From an uncultured Pseudomonadales bacterium (GTDB lineage Bacteria > Pseudomonadota > Gammaproteobacteria > Pseudomonadales > UBA7434): a stretch of 64,000 bases of DNA. The stretch covers positions 95,868 through 159,867 of the forward strand of contig CAZDEW010000001.1 of NCBI GenBank assembly GCA_964504585.1, given 5' to 3'. The number at the start of each line of letters is the position of its first letter. The first letter of the stretch is position 1. A program made the translations under genes and the position numbers. A model generated the notes under the pieces. That model saw only the letters and a list, made by a program, of their open reading frames with translations, was not told the DNA's origin and searched no databases. Shown in pieces: positions 31,934 to 43,204 of the stretch.

Positions 31934-34354
31934 ATGCTTTCGTCTGTCATTGATCAATCTCTTTGTGCCGGTTTTTCCCTTCGCCAGTACCTGCGCGAAT
32001 CTGGGAGAAAATGGATTTTGGTCTGGCTCGCATGCGTATCGGTATCCAGCGTGAACGCGCAGGGAGGCGAAGCTGAGGAACCGTTAGTTGCAACGCCGCA
32101 GGCGCCTGAGCAGTTGCAGTATGTCTGTGTGGCGCCAGCCGACGGTACCGAGGTGAATCGATTTGCCGATGGCCCTGAGCTTCAGCGTTTTATCGACAGC
32201 GATATCGAAGTCGCGGCCAATGAGCTCCTGTTGCAAGCGGATTCCGCGATCTATGATGGAGAAGTTGATCTTCGGCGTGGCGACCTTTACCTGCACGCAG
32301 ATCGCGCCAGTCTGGATTTGCAAAGCCAGAACGTTCAGCTGCTCGGTAGCGTCGAGGTTGCCTTGCCGGGCGCGCGATTGCAGGGCGACAGCGCGTCGAT
32401 AAACCTCAACAATAATGCATCTGTTATAAGCGGTGCAGAGTACTTTATTCAGGACGCGCCGAGCATGACCGGTAGCGCGAGCTCGGTCGAACTCGATGAG
32501 AATAACGTCGTGTCGATCAGCAATGGAACCTACACCCGTTGCGACCCATCTGCCAAGCAGTGGGAGCTCGTCGCGGGCGAGCTTAGACTGGACCCCGATT
32601 CGGGTCAGGGATACGCACGGGCCACTACGGTGAAAGTGTTCGGTGCGCCGATCATTTATATCCCCCGGCTGCGGTTTCCAATTGGTGATCAGAGGCAGTC
32701 GGGTTTCCTTTTTCCTTCCATAACGCGGCGTAGCGAAGGATTGGATATATCAGTACCTTACTACTTCAATCTGGCTAGCAATTATGACTTGCTGCTTTCG
32801 CCGCGTTACCGGGCGGGCCACGGATATCTGACGGAAGCGCAGATGCGCTGGATGAATCGCTTCGACCTCTGGGAATTAAATACGCTATTTATCGATTCGG
32901 ATGAGTCGATGGAGGATAATTCACGTTGGGCGATTTCGCTAGATGAGTCAAGCCACTGGGTCGGCAACATCCAGTCACGGGTGTCGATTAACAGAGTCAG
33001 TGATGCTGATGTTCCCAGAGATTTGCAGTCCAGTAATTTTTCGCTTTCGCGTAGTAGTGCGCTCGCAATGAACGGCCAGCTGCAATGGTTCCTTCGCTAT
33101 GGTGTTATTGGCGCTAGCGTTAACCGTTATCAGTCCATTGATCCGGCTCTAGAGATTCCCAATGAAAAACTCCCAGAGCTATGGTCTGAGTTTGCCTTGC
33201 CGTCGAGGGGGCTATTACCAGGGTTAGACGCTGATCTGCAGTACACGCTGTTTGAGGCCGATAGTCTGATTGAGACTGCAGGGAGTAACAGTGTGCAACG
33301 CACCCGAGGCAGACTGGAATTTCACTACAACCTCAACCGCTCGCTTTCTCGCTGGCGCTTTGGGGTTGGTAGCCAGTTTCGCTATTACGCGCTCGAAGAG
33401 AACGACAGCGGATCTGAGGGTGGTTTGTTGGAGGGGGAAAGGGATAAATGGATTAATGTCCCCGAGGCGTCGATACAATGGAGCTCCGAGTGGATCAGGC
33501 GCTCTGGAAGTATCTCCGAGCTGTTGCAGCCTGAGCTGGCGGTGCGCTACCGGACGCTTGAGGCTGGAGCTTCCAGCCTCAATCAGCTGCCCGCACTGGA
33601 TGCCTATCAGACGGCCGCATCGCCCAGCGAACTCTACGAAATTGGCCAGTTTGGTGGAGATGCGCTGGATCCAAGAAGCCACGCGCGATTTGCCGTAAGG
33701 TATGCTAGAACAGACAGCTCAGAGCACAGCGATTCGCTGGATGCCACAGGACCTGCAGAGCAGAGTCATATTACCCTCGGTGCACTGAACTATTTCGAAC
33801 AGAAGCTTCCTAACTCGACTGACGATGAAAGCTTTGCGAGCCAGCGTCGCTGGTTCGCGCAAGCGGCATCTCGGCTTGGCGCTGCCTGGCTGGCGCGCGC
33901 GGAAATCGTCTGGTCTCAGGATCAGTCGGTGATCGATTATTCGTCGGTTCACTTGCAGTACCGCCAGGTGGCGGCGGTAAAGCGCTCGCCGGTATTCAAT
34001 CTGTCATACCAGCGCAGGGAAGATAGCGGCAGATTCAGCCGGCGAGAGGATATCGAGCATGTCGATTTGAGCGCGGCCTATCCGCTCTTTCAGCGCTGGG
34101 CGCTGTTCGGTCGCGTGCAGTATGATACAGTCAATCGCAGGCATGCCGAGGGTCTGGCGGGTGTAGAGTTTAACGATTGCTGCGTGCGCCTGCGTCTGCT
34201 TTACCGAGACGGTATTGTGTACCGGCCTGCGCAGGGACGTGGAGAGCGTGACCGCGCGTTTCTTCTGCAAATTCAGCTCAAGGGCCTGGGTGGAATCGGC
34301 GATAGTGTCGATGACCTTCTCGAGCGATCGATACGAGGTTTTCGAGCGGAGTAA
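31934..34354 (+). CDS. lptD: LPS assembly protein LptD (start uncertain)
   Basis: YTRCDP, RQSGFLFP, PYYFNLASNYD, DCC, QIQLKGLG; upstream of surA. Confidence 0.92.
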   Translation: MLSSVIDQSLCAGFSLRQYLRESGRKWILVWLACVSVSSVNAQGGEAEEPLVATPQAPEQLQYVCVAPADGTEVNRFADGPELQRFIDSDIEVAANELLLQADSAIYDGEVDLRRGDLYLHADRASLDLQSQNVQLLGSVEVALPGARLQGDSASINLNNNASVISGAEYFIQDAPSMTGSASSVELDENNVVSISNGTYTRCDPSAKQWELVAGELRLDPDSGQGYARATTVKVFGAPIIYIPRLRFPIGDQRQSGFLFPSITRRSEGLDISVPYYFNLASNYDLLLSPRYRAGHGYLTEAQMRWMNRFDLWELNTLFIDSDESMEDNSRWAISLDESSHWVGNIQSRVSINRVSDADVPRDLQSSNFSLSRSSALAMNGQLQWFLRYGVIGASVNRYQSIDPALEIPNEKLPELWSEFALPSRGLLPGLDADLQYTLFEADSLIETAGSNSVQRTRGRLEFHYNLNRSLSRWRFGVGSQFRYYALEENDSGSEGGLLEGERDKWINVPEASIQWSSEWIRRSGSISELLQPELAVRYRTLEAGASSLNQLPALDAYQTAASPSELYEIGQFGGDALDPRSHARFAVRYARTDSSEHSDSLDATGPAEQSHITLGALNYFEQKLPNSTDDESFASQRRWFAQAASRLGAAWLARAEIVWSQDQSVIDYSSVHLQYRQVAAVKRSPVFNLSYQRREDSGRFSRREDIEHVDLSAAYPLFQRWALFGRVQYDTVNRRHAEGLAGVEFNDCCVRLRLLYRDGIVYRPAQGRGERDRAFLLQIQLKGLGGIGDSVDDLLERSIRGFRAE

Positions 34355-34378
34355 CGACAGTAATTTTGGTTTTAATAG

Positions 34379-35677
34379 ATGAAGATAGTAAACAAATTGA
34401 TACGTTCTAATAGCTTAGTTCTGCTGGCCTTAATGATCTCGCTGGGCACTAGCACACCGTCACTATCGAACTACCAGATGGTTGATCAGGTGGTTGCTGT
34501 CGTCGAGGACGATGTCGTTCTGGCGAGTGAGATACGCGAACGGATTATTGCTCTGGTCGATAACCTGAATCGCCGAGGCATCACAGTCCCTCCCCGAGAT
34601 ATTTTGTTCGAGCAGGCGATGGAGCAGTCAATTTTGGAACGACTGCAGCTGCAAAGGGCGGCCAGAATGGGCATGCGTGTTAGCGATCAACGTCTCAACG
34701 ATGCAATGACTGATATTGCTTCGAATAATGGTTTGAGCCTCTCAGATTTTCGTCGCGCCTTGATTGAAAACGGTGAGTCATATGTTGATTTAAGGGAAAA
34801 GATTCGCAGAGATATTTTGATCAGGGAAGTGCAGCAGCGCAACGTCATCCGAACAATCAACGTCAACAAGTCCGAAGTTGATAGTTTCCTCGATTCCGAG
34901 CGCGGTCAGGCGCTGATTCAACCGGAATGGCAGGTTGATCACCTGCTGTTGCCGGTCGACAACATCGCTGACCCGGGAGAGCTTTCGCAGGCACAGACGA
35001 CAATGGACACCTTGCGCTCGCTTGCCAAGGCCGGTGGCAATTTTCAATCGATACTGGCGTCGGTCAGGGAAACCGGAGCGAGCTATCAACCGCTTGGCTG
35101 GCTGGATGTCAGCGCTATTCCAAGCCTGTTTGCCGATTTGGTTCCAGAGCTCGGGCAGGGAGAAATCTCCCCAGTGATACAAAGCGATAGCGGCCTCCAC
35201 CTGATCCAGGTGAGAAATATTAAGGGTGGTGCAGTTGGCAGTGTTAGTGAGACCAAAGTTCGGCACATACTGGTTGGCGAGACGACTATCCGCGATTATG
35301 AGCAAAGTAAGCAGCTTATCGAAGATGTCAGGCAGAGACTCGTCGATGGAGAGGATTTTGCCTTGCTGGCTCGGGAGTTCTCCGATGATCCTGGTTCTGC
35401 CCTTTCCGGCGGAGACCTGGGCTGGGTCGAGTTAGGCACTATGGTTCCCGAGTTCGAAGAGCGCATGCTAAGGACCGAGCTCAATCAGGTGAGCGAAGTT
35501 TTTCGGTCGCAGTTTGGTTGGCACATACTGGAGGTGTTAGAGCGCCGCGAGCGAGATGCCTTCGAAGAGCGTTCCCGGCAGATCGCTCGGCAGAAAATCG
35601 CTGAGAGTAAATACGACGACGCGCTTGGAAACTGGCTTCAGGAATTGCGTGACAATTCCTATGTCGAAATCAAATAG
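34379..35677 (+). CDS. surA: Chaperone/PPIase SurA
   Basis: DQVVAVVEDDVVLASE, parvulin domains (SDDPGSALSGGDLGW, SQFGWHIL). Confidence 0.95.
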   Translation: MKIVNKLIRSNSLVLLALMISLGTSTPSLSNYQMVDQVVAVVEDDVVLASEIRERIIALVDNLNRRGITVPPRDILFEQAMEQSILERLQLQRAARMGMRVSDQRLNDAMTDIASNNGLSLSDFRRALIENGESYVDLREKIRRDILIREVQQRNVIRTINVNKSEVDSFLDSERGQALIQPEWQVDHLLLPVDNIADPGELSQAQTTMDTLRSLAKAGGNFQSILASVRETGASYQPLGWLDVSAIPSLFADLVPELGQGEISPVIQSDSGLHLIQVRNIKGGAVGSVSETKVRHILVGETTIRDYEQSKQLIEDVRQRLVDGEDFALLAREFSDDPGSALSGGDLGWVELGTMVPEFEERMLRTELNQVSEVFRSQFGWHILEVLERRERDAFEERSRQIARQKIAESKYDDALGNWLQELRDNSYVEIK

Positions 35678-35724
35678 TCTATCGTTTGTTCGCAGCAGGG
35701 GCGCCCTCGCACCTTGAAGATCTC

Positions 35725-36771
35725 ATGCCTAGACTCGCGTTAACGCCGGGGGATCCCGCCGGCATAGGCCCCGATATTGCCGTCACTTACGCGCAGCGCA
35801 ATCGTAGCGAGCATGTTGTCGCATTTTGTTGTCCGCAGGTGCTGCGTGATCGCGCGGATACGCTCGGTTTGCCGTTGCGTCTCGAGCCTTATGACTTTGG
35901 TAGTAGCCCGCCACTGTGTGGTCCGGCTGAACTTTCCTATGCCCCGCTCTCTACGCACGCTTCTGTGACAGCTGGGGTGCCCGATCCTGTCAATGCTCGC
36001 TACGTGCTTGATTGTCTGGATCGGGCATTCGAAGCATGCGCGAGCGGCCAGCTGGATGGGATGGTTACCGGCCCCATTAGCAAGCAGCTGATCAATGACG
36101 GGCTTAGTTTACAAGCTGGCACGACTGCCGGCGCCAACACTGTATTTACCGGCCACACTGAGTACTTGCGCGACCTCGCCAAAGTCGACCACGTTGTTAT
36201 GTTGCTGGCTGTTGAACATGCGGAGGCTTTTGGCGTACCGCTGCGCGTCGCTTTGGTGACTACCCACGTGCCGATTGCAGAGCTCAGCGCAACAATTACC
36301 GGTGAGCTGATTGAGCGTACGCTGCGTGTGCTTCAGGCTGATCTGGTTGCCAAGTATGCCATCGAGAAACCCAGGATTCTTGTATGTGGACTTAACCCGC
36401 ATGCCGGAGAGGGCGGGCTGTTGGGCGCGGAAGAGGAACGGGTGATCAACCCCTGCCTGATGAAACTGCAGCAAGCGGGCATGGACGTGAGTTTGGCAAT
36501 GCCAGCCGATACCATTTTTACCGAGCCGCATTTAAGGCGTGCTGATGCGGTGCTGGCTATGTACCACGATCAGGGCCTTGCGCCGTTAAAATCCCATGGC
36601 TTTGGCAAGGCGGTTAATATTACTCTTGGCTTGCCTGTTATCCGAACATCGGTCGATCATGGGACGGCTTTCGATATCGCCGGATCCGGGAGGGCGAGCG
36701 CCCAATCGCTCGTTGAGGCTATCGCGACTGCAGACGCTTTAGCACAGCGATCTGCCGGCCAGCGTAATTAG
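35725..36771 (+). CDS. pdxA: 4-hydroxythreonine-4-phosphate dehydrogenase
   Basis: GDPAGIGPD, FTGHTEYL, NPHAGE, MYHDQG, RTSVDHGTA. Confidence 0.96.
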   Translation: MPRLALTPGDPAGIGPDIAVTYAQRNRSEHVVAFCCPQVLRDRADTLGLPLRLEPYDFGSSPPLCGPAELSYAPLSTHASVTAGVPDPVNARYVLDCLDRAFEACASGQLDGMVTGPISKQLINDGLSLQAGTTAGANTVFTGHTEYLRDLAKVDHVVMLLAVEHAEAFGVPLRVALVTTHVPIAELSATITGELIERTLRVLQADLVAKYAIEKPRILVCGLNPHAGEGGLLGAEEERVINPCLMKLQQAGMDVSLAMPADTIFTEPHLRRADAVLAMYHDQGLAPLKSHGFGKAVNITLGLPVIRTSVDHGTAFDIAGSGRASAQSLVEAIATADALAQRSAGQRN

Positions 36772-36788
36772 TCAGGCTTATTTCAATC

Positions 36789-37631
36789 GTGGGTGAGTCA
36801 CATAAAGCGCGCAAGCGATTTGGCCAGAATTTCCTGCACGATCAGGCGGTCATCGAAAAAATCGTAGCTGCTGTTATCTTGTCGGCAGAACAGACAGTGG
36901 TAGAGATAGGCCCGGGTCAGGGAGCGTTGACATTAAAGCTGCTTTCCCACTTGCCTGCTAGCGCAAGCCTGACCGCCATCGAGCTAGATCGAGACCTGAT
37001 TGCACCGCTCGAGCAGTTGGCGCGGGAGCACTCGATCTTTCGGGTGCTCGAGGGCGATGTCTTGCAGATCGATTTGATGGGTTTGCGTGAGTCGCTAAAC
37101 AAGCCCTTAACGATTTGTGGTAACTTGCCTTACAATATTTCGAGCCCGCTGCTAATAAAACTACTTGAGTCCCAGCTTGCCTGGGAGAAGAATCAGCGAG
37201 TCGACGCTTCCGATTCCTTCTGTAGTGCCATGGTTTTCATGCTGCAAAAGGAAGTGGTCGGTCGCATTTGTGCGACGGCCGGCAGTAAGTCCTATGGTCG
37301 CTTGGGTGTTTTATTGCAGAGCGTCTTTGACTGCCAGTTTCTATTTGATGTGCCTCCAACAGCGTTCAAGCCCGCGCCGAAAGTCACCTCCGCGGTGATG
37401 CGCATGGTGCCAAAAGCAAATCCACAGGTTTCCTCTGTCACCTTCGCGCCATTTCAGCAGCTCGTGGCAGCGGCGTTTGCCCAGCGGCGCAAAACTCTGC
37501 GTAATACCCTTAAAGGGCTCGTGCCCGTGGACGCCTTCGCCGAGCTGGGGATTGATCCCGGTTTGCGCGCGGAAATGCTTTCCATAGAGCAGTTCGTCGC
37601 GCTTAGCGAGCAGCTCGATCGAGACGCATAA
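36789..37631 (+). CDS. rsmA: 16S rRNA m6,6A dimethyltransferase KsgA
   Basis: KRFGQNFL, EIGPG.G, GNLPYNISS, QRRKTLRN. Confidence 0.97.
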   Translation: MGESHKARKRFGQNFLHDQAVIEKIVAAVILSAEQTVVEIGPGQGALTLKLLSHLPASASLTAIELDRDLIAPLEQLAREHSIFRVLEGDVLQIDLMGLRESLNKPLTICGNLPYNISSPLLIKLLESQLAWEKNQRVDASDSFCSAMVFMLQKEVVGRICATAGSKSYGRLGVLLQSVFDCQFLFDVPPTAFKPAPKVTSAVMRMVPKANPQVSSVTFAPFQQLVAAAFAQRRKTLRNTLKGLVPVDAFAELGIDPGLRAEMLSIEQFVALSEQLDRDA

Positions 37632-37702
37632 GCAATCGACTCTAATCTTTCGCTGCATTAAACTGTACCTGTCCACAACCTCCTCATCGAAGACGAAAAG
37701 CG

Positions 37703-38077
37703 GTGCTTGATAAAACGATTGAAATTAGTGTGCGGCCGGTTTATCTGGAGTCGCAGTCTTCTCCCGAAGATGATGAGTATGCTTTCGCCTATACCATCGA
37801 GATCGCCAATGTAGGCGTCGAAAGCGTGCAATTAATTGCTCGGCACTGGATCATTACCGACGGCAACAATAGCGTCAGAGAAGTCAAGGGAGAGGGTGTG
37901 GTCGGCGAGCAACCGACTATTGCGCCGCAGAATTTTTACCGATATAGCAGTGGGGCGATACTCTCTACTCGAGTGGGCACCATGGAAGGCCGATATCAAA
38001 TGAAATCCGAATCGGGCGCCGAATTTGATGTCGACATCCCCATATTTGGGCTGGTAGCACCGGGAGCACTGCAATGA
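37703..38077 (+). CDS. apaG: ApaG protein
   Basis: YAFAYTI.I.N, RHWIITD, GEGVVGEQP. Confidence 0.96.
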   Translation: MLDKTIEISVRPVYLESQSSPEDDEYAFAYTIEIANVGVESVQLIARHWIITDGNNSVREVKGEGVVGEQPTIAPQNFYRYSSGAILSTRVGTMEGRYQMKSESGAEFDVDIPIFGLVAPGALQ

Positions 38078-38123
38078 TGCAAGCCTGGTTGTATGACGCG
38101 GCATGACCCGGGGGCTCTAGGGA

Positions 38124-38939
38124 ATGGCGCATTACGCAGTCGGTGACATTCAGGGTTGTTACGGCGAACTCATGAACCTGCTAGATCAGGTCGCGTTTAA
38201 TCCTAAAACCGATAAGCTCTGGGTTGTTGGCGATATGGTCAGCCGCGGCCCTGATTCACATAAGGTGCTGCGTTTCCTCTATGAACATCGCGCCTGTGTT
38301 AACGCTGTACTTGGAAATCACGACCTTCATCTGATAGCAATCGCTTTTGGTTTAAAGCGTGATAAACCTTCAGATTGTTTAGACCGGACGCTTAGGTCTG
38401 ATGCTTTGCAGGATTGGGTCGATTGGCTACGCACCTTACCGCTTTGCTTTTACGATGAGACTTATGACGTCACCATGGTTCATGCAGGGATTGCTCCGCC
38501 CTGGAGCATTCGAGATGCGCTAAGCTATTCGCAAGAGGTAGAGGACGTTCTGCGTAGCAAGGATGCGACAGAGTTTCTGGGCGAAATGTACGGTAACACC
38601 CCGCTGATCTGGTCGGATGAACTCGAGGGTATGCAGCGCCTGCGCTGCATCACCAATTACTTCACTCGCATGCGCGCGCTCTGCTCTGATGGGTCCCTGG
38701 ATTTCAGATATAAGGGCGATACAAAGAATATGCCCGCGCAGTACTATCCCTGGTTTAAGTATCCTCAACGACGGGCGCGAAAAGCCACGATCATATTTGG
38801 GCATTGGGCGTCTTTGGGGGGCTATGTTGATAATAAATATCTATTCGGTCTCGATACAGGCTGTGTGTGGGGTCGTATGTTGACCCTGATGAATGTAGAG
38901 ACAAAAGAGCTGTTTGTCGCCGAGTCGCTGGCGGCATAG
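38124..38939 (+). CDS. apaH: Symmetrical Ap4A hydrolase
   Basis: GDIQGC, GDMVSRGP, LGNHD, GHWA, LDTGCVWG. Confidence 0.96.
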   Translation: MAHYAVGDIQGCYGELMNLLDQVAFNPKTDKLWVVGDMVSRGPDSHKVLRFLYEHRACVNAVLGNHDLHLIAIAFGLKRDKPSDCLDRTLRSDALQDWVDWLRTLPLCFYDETYDVTMVHAGIAPPWSIRDALSYSQEVEDVLRSKDATEFLGEMYGNTPLIWSDELEGMQRLRCITNYFTRMRALCSDGSLDFRYKGDTKNMPAQYYPWFKYPQRRARKATIIFGHWASLGGYVDNKYLFGLDTGCVWGRMLTLMNVETKELFVAESLAA

Positions 38940-38989
38940 CTGTTGTGTATTGTTCCACTGTGCAACTGTCTGTCGCTCTCAGGTAACTG

Positions 38990-40195
38990 ATGGAAACTTA
39001 TTTAGTTGGCGGAGCCGTCAGAGATCAATTGCTGGGTTTGCCTGTTGTTGATCGAGACTGGGTCGTGGTAGGTGCTTCGCCGCAGCAAATGCTTGATCAG
39101 GGTTTTTTGCCCGTGGGCAAGGATTTCCCGGTATTCCTTCATCCCGAGACGCATGAAGAGTATGCGCTTGCGCGAAAAGAGAGAAAGACCGGCAGTGGCT
39201 ACGGTGGCTTCGATTTTGACGTTTCCCAGTCAGTCAGTTTGCAAGATGATTTGCTCAGGCGTGACCTCACCATAAATGCTATCGCGCAAACGCGAAGTGG
39301 TGTGCTCATTGATCCCCACGGTGGGCAGCAGGATCTGATCAGCAAGACCCTGCGCCATGTTTCCGAATCCTTCACGGAGGATCCGCTGCGTGTGCTTCGT
39401 GTGGCTCGCTTTTATGCCCGTTTAAGTCCATTGGGCTTCACGGTACACAGTGATACAGGTCAACTTATCGAGGCCATGGTTGCCAGGGGTGATCTGGCGG
39501 AGCTTGCAAGCGAGCGCGTCTGGCTAGAGATTAGCAAAGGCCTGTCGGAAAAGTCCCCGCAGCGATTTTTTGCTTATTTGAATCGCTGTGGTGCAGTTAG
39601 AGCGCTTCTGCCGGCGGTTGATGCAAGTTTGAGAAACAACGACCATCTATCGTCTGTCGAGTCCAATGTTGAAAAACGAATTACTGGTGCGCTCGAGGCT
39701 GGTCTGAGTTATTCACTAAGCGCCGAAGAAAACTGGGCTGTCATTTGCCATGCTGTGGGTGATCCTGCAAGGGCAAAAAACTTGCAGCTGGTGCCGCCCT
39801 CTAGGCTTGAAAACAAGGCGCTCGAAGCCTGCGCTGCCTCCGTTAGTGCGTCGCGATCAGCGAGCCGCCTGGCACTAGCGGTTAACGTCCTCCTGCCAAC
39901 GGTTTTACAGGCTAGTACATTGAAACCAGAGTACACCCTGCGCGTGCTTGAGCTATGCGATGCTTTTCGGCAGTCGAGCATACTAGACTCAGTGACGCGA
40001 GTCGCTTCATCGCTCGCCGCTACGGATCCTGCGGCGTCCGTCAATGTGGCGCAAAGCGGCGTTTTTCTGCGTGCCTGCTACGAGGCCTGTGCTGCGATTA
40101 AAGCGGATGAGTTTGTCGCGTCCGGCCTGAAAGGCGAAGCCATTGCAAAAGCCATTCGAACCGCCCGCAAAATCGCCATTGCAAATATACAATAA
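38990..40195 (+). CDS. cca: CCA-adding tRNA nucleotidyltransferase
   Basis: [10 protein letters not shown]...[18 protein letters not shown]. Confidence 0.93.
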   Translation: METYLVGGAVRDQLLGLPVVDRDWVVVGASPQQMLDQGFLPVGKDFPVFLHPETHEEYALARKERKTGSGYGGFDFDVSQSVSLQDDLLRRDLTINAIAQTRSGVLIDPHGGQQDLISKTLRHVSESFTEDPLRVLRVARFYARLSPLGFTVHSDTGQLIEAMVARGDLAELASERVWLEISKGLSEKSPQRFFAYLNRCGAVRALLPAVDASLRNNDHLSSVESNVEKRITGALEAGLSYSLSAEENWAVICHAVGDPARAKNLQLVPPSRLENKALEACAASVSASRSASRLALAVNVLLPTVLQASTLKPEYTLRVLELCDAFRQSSILDSVTRVASSLAATDPAASVNVAQSGVFLRACYEACAAIKADEFVASGLKGEAIAKAIRTARKIAIANIQ

Positions 40196-40230
40196 TCATG
40201 GAGCCTTCCTAGAACCTTGCTAACCCTTGG

Positions 40231-41118
40231 GTGTCCAGAGCTATGTTGGTAAAGACGAAGAATTTTAGCGATGCCATGTTGCGACGCTTTCAGGGCTATC
40301 AGCGCCTATCGTTTGAGATTCTGGAGGAGACCGCCTCGAATCTAACCGAAGGAGTGACGGAACGTCAGGTTGCGCGGGAACTGGTGAAACGCTATCGCGA
40401 GCAGGGCGTAGAGTCGTTTTTCCACTTGCCCGTAGTGTTATTCGGCAAGAGGACTGCCTTACCCGGCGAGTGGAGTATCGGTAAATTCTTTCCCAGAGAT
40501 AACGGATTGCGGCGGGATGACGGTGTGATACTGGACGCCGCGCCGCTCTTCCAGGGTTATCTGGTTGATACGTCCTACAGCTTTTGTTTTGGAAGCAGCG
40601 CGGCGCATCGGAGCATGATGCAGCATCTGTCCACTTACCGGGAGCATGTATGTGAGGCGGTCAATCGCGGGGACTCGTTCAGGCAGATTGCCCTCGACGT
40701 CAATGCATCTTTGTCTCGAGCAGGCTATGAACCTGTTCACGGCAAGCATCCGGGCGCTGTTCTGGGGCATCGCGCAGTGAAGACGCCGCGCGTACCCGGA
40801 GCGATGCGCCTGCAGGGCTTCGACGCAATATCGCTGAGCTGGTTTCGCCTCACGGACGGTCTGGCCAGTATGCGGCTGGCGAATCGTAGCCCGCTCTGGA
40901 ATACATCAAAATCTTCGGATCACAAACCGCATGATGGGCTATGGCTTGTCGAGCCGCATGCAGGTGCAGAGGAGGGTGGCGCGAAATGGGAAGAGATTCT
41001 GGTGATTGAGCGCGGTCAAGCCAGATGGTTAGATGACACGCCGCCGCATGTCAGGCAGTGGCAGCAGATAAAAAGCCGGCAAGCCTATCAACCTCAATCG
41101 GGCGCACAAAGTGCCTAG
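40231..41118 (+). CDS. M24-family metallopeptidase (catalytic domain only)
   Basis: Pita-bread metal ligands in ILDAAP, VDTS, LGH, VEPH, WEE. Confidence 0.75.
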   Translation: MSRAMLVKTKNFSDAMLRRFQGYQRLSFEILEETASNLTEGVTERQVARELVKRYREQGVESFFHLPVVLFGKRTALPGEWSIGKFFPRDNGLRRDDGVILDAAPLFQGYLVDTSYSFCFGSSAAHRSMMQHLSTYREHVCEAVNRGDSFRQIALDVNASLSRAGYEPVHGKHPGAVLGHRAVKTPRVPGAMRLQGFDAISLSWFRLTDGLASMRLANRSPLWNTSKSSDHKPHDGLWLVEPHAGAEEGGAKWEEILVIERGQARWLDDTPPHVRQWQQIKSRQAYQPQSGAQSA

Positions 41119-41474
41119 CGTGATCGACGTTTAACGACTGTGATGCGCGCGCAGTCTGCCTCGGCAATGGCCTGGGGCTTACTCACCGCAAGGCTTAGCT
41201 CCTCGATGGCGGAAAATTCGCGCATGAGTTGCTCTGCAATATCCTCGATCAATGACTCGAGTAGCTTCTTGCCGTTCTCTTCAGCCATTGCCTTGACGCG
41301 ACTGGCAACGCCTGCGTAATCCAGTGCGTGTTCGATGTTGTCGCTGGCTGCTGCCGGGGAAATATCAGAAACCATATCAATATCGAAAATCAGCGGTTGC
41401 GTCTGATGTAACTCGTGAGGATAGATGCCGATGATGGCCTCTACCTTTAATGCTTTAACTGAAATGGTCGCCAT
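41115..41474 (-). CDS. folB: Dihydroneopterin aldolase
   Basis: IGIYPHE...QPL..D, ALDY, LLESL.E.IA, KPQAI. Confidence 0.93.
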   Translation of the reverse strand: MATISVKALKVEAIIGIYPHELHQTQPLIFDIDMVSDISPAAASDNIEHALDYAGVASRVKAMAEENGKKLLESLIEDIAEQLMREFSAIEELSLAVSKPQAIAEADCARITVVKRRSR

Positions 41475-41561
41475 GTCACAGGTCTTTTGCGATTTCACGG
41501 TCTGATTTGAGCTGGAATATTTCGGCTTCAAGCACCGGGAGTTTGAAACGTTAGCGCCGAG

Positions 41562-42611
41562 CTACGCCGGTAGTGCGGCCAATGTGTTCATCGGCCAACG
41601 CGGTTTCACGTCAACCTCCAGCGTTTGTGATTGACCAGCCAACAGGCGCTGCGCCCCTGCGTAAGCGATCATGGCGCCATTATCGGTACACAGCGCAGGC
41701 TTTGCATAGCAAACTTCCCTGTTCAGTTTCCTGCACATCTGTTCGAGTGATTCCCGTAAGGCGAGATTGGCGCTGACGCCACCGGCGATAATAAGCTGCT
41801 TGTGTCCTGTTTTTTGCAGTGCCCGCTTGCATTTAATTGTGAGCGTATCCACTGCGGCGGTTTGAAAAGCCAATGCAATAGTAGCGGTGCTGTTTTCATC
41901 AAGCTGACCATCATCGGATTTCGCGCGCTCGCTGGCGATGACATTTTTGCTGAAGGTCTTCAAGCCACTAAAGCTGAAATCCAGGCCGGGGCGATTAGTC
42001 ATCGGCCTTGGGAACCCGTAGTTAGATGCTGCGGTGGCATCGCCAAGCTCCGCAAGCCTGGCGATAGCCGGCCCGCCGGGATAGCTTAAACCGAGTAGTT
42101 TTGCGGTCTTATCGAAGGCCTCTCCAGCGGCATCATCGACTGACTCGCCGAGTAACTCGTATTGGCCCAAACCTTCGACCGCATAGAGTTGGGTATGCCC
42201 CCCGGACACTAGCAATGCCGTGAGCGGAAAGTCTGGCGCATTGTCCTCGAGCATCGGTGCGAGCAGATGACCTTCCATGTGGTGTACGCCAATCGCGGGA
42301 ATGCCAAGGCCATAGGCCAGACTGCGCCCAACCGATGCGCCAACCAGGAGCGCGCCGATGAGACCCGGCCCGGCTGTATAGCCTATGCCGTCAAGATCGC
42401 TTTTGCTCAGCTGTGCATCAGCAAGCACCGCATCGATCATGGGGAGTACGCGTTTGAGGTGGTCGCGCGAGGCAAGCTCCGGGACAACACCTCCGTAGAC
42501 TCGATGCAGATCAATCTGGCTGTGTAAGGCGTCTGCGAGAAGGCCGCGTTCGGTATCGTAGACAGCCACGCCCGTCTCGTCACAGGAGGTCTCTATACCC
42601 AGTACGATCAC
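41562..42611 (-). CDS. tsaD: tRNA N6-adenosine threonylcarbamoyltransferase
   Basis: [37 protein letters not shown]; GTG start at 42611. Confidence 0.97.
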   Translation of the reverse strand: MIVLGIETSCDETGVAVYDTERGLLADALHSQIDLHRVYGGVVPELASRDHLKRVLPMIDAVLADAQLSKSDLDGIGYTAGPGLIGALLVGASVGRSLAYGLGIPAIGVHHMEGHLLAPMLEDNAPDFPLTALLVSGGHTQLYAVEGLGQYELLGESVDDAAGEAFDKTAKLLGLSYPGGPAIARLAELGDATAASNYGFPRPMTNRPGLDFSFSGLKTFSKNVIASERAKSDDGQLDENSTATIALAFQTAAVDTLTIKCKRALQKTGHKQLIIAGGVSANLALRESLEQMCRKLNREVCYAKPALCTDNGAMIAYAGAQRLLAGQSQTLEVDVKPRWPMNTLAALPA

Positions 42612-42667
42612 CGGCTTGCCTTTGTTTGTCGCTAGCGCTTGCGGTTTAGGTGCGGCACCCACCCGCA

Positions 42668-43204
42668 CTACAGGTCGACTTTTAGCTTGGTGACTCTGAA
42701 CGTGCCGCCCTGCGCGAGCACTTTGACCGAGTCACCTGCAACGATTTCTTCAGAATCTGCATCGATCGCCTGCACAATGGATTTGACTTCGCCGTCTTCA
42801 AACTTGATGGTGTATTCGCGGCCCTCGCTTTTTGTTGCAGCCTCTTCGATGCGAGAGCCTATGACCGCGCCGGCAACGCCCGCTGCGATAGCGGCGAGAT
42901 CACCCTTGGAGCCACTTCCGGTCGAGGCCCCTGCTACGCCACCCAGCGCACCGCCAACGACCTCGCCGGCCCCGGAGCGCGTACCCTCAATTTGTACCAC
43001 GGTAACGTCGACCACCCGGCCGAGTTTGACGGTTTGCACCTTGCGAGCTTCGTCGCGGGAATAGGTCGTACCAGTCTGCTTGCTGGGCATGCAGCCGGCA
43101 ATCGCAAGAATGCAGATCAAGGTCACCGATAGCGCGAGCCATCGCTTGATTGGGGCAGGCTGCTGACTGCTGACTAAATGTGGGAGCTGAGCTGAGATTT
43201 GCAT
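42668..43204 (-). CDS. SlyB/Pcp-like glycine-zipper outer-membrane lipoprotein
   Basis: Lipobox [25 protein letters not shown]...GSG.G glycine zipper. Confidence 0.85.
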   Translation of the reverse strand: MQISAQLPHLVSSQQPAPIKRWLALSVTLICILAIAGCMPSKQTGTTYSRDEARKVQTVKLGRVVDVTVVQIEGTRSGAGEVVGGALGGVAGASTGSGSKGDLAAIAAGVAGAVIGSRIEEAATKSEGREYTIKFEDGEVKSIVQAIDADSEEIVAGDSVKVLAQGGTFRVTKLKVDL

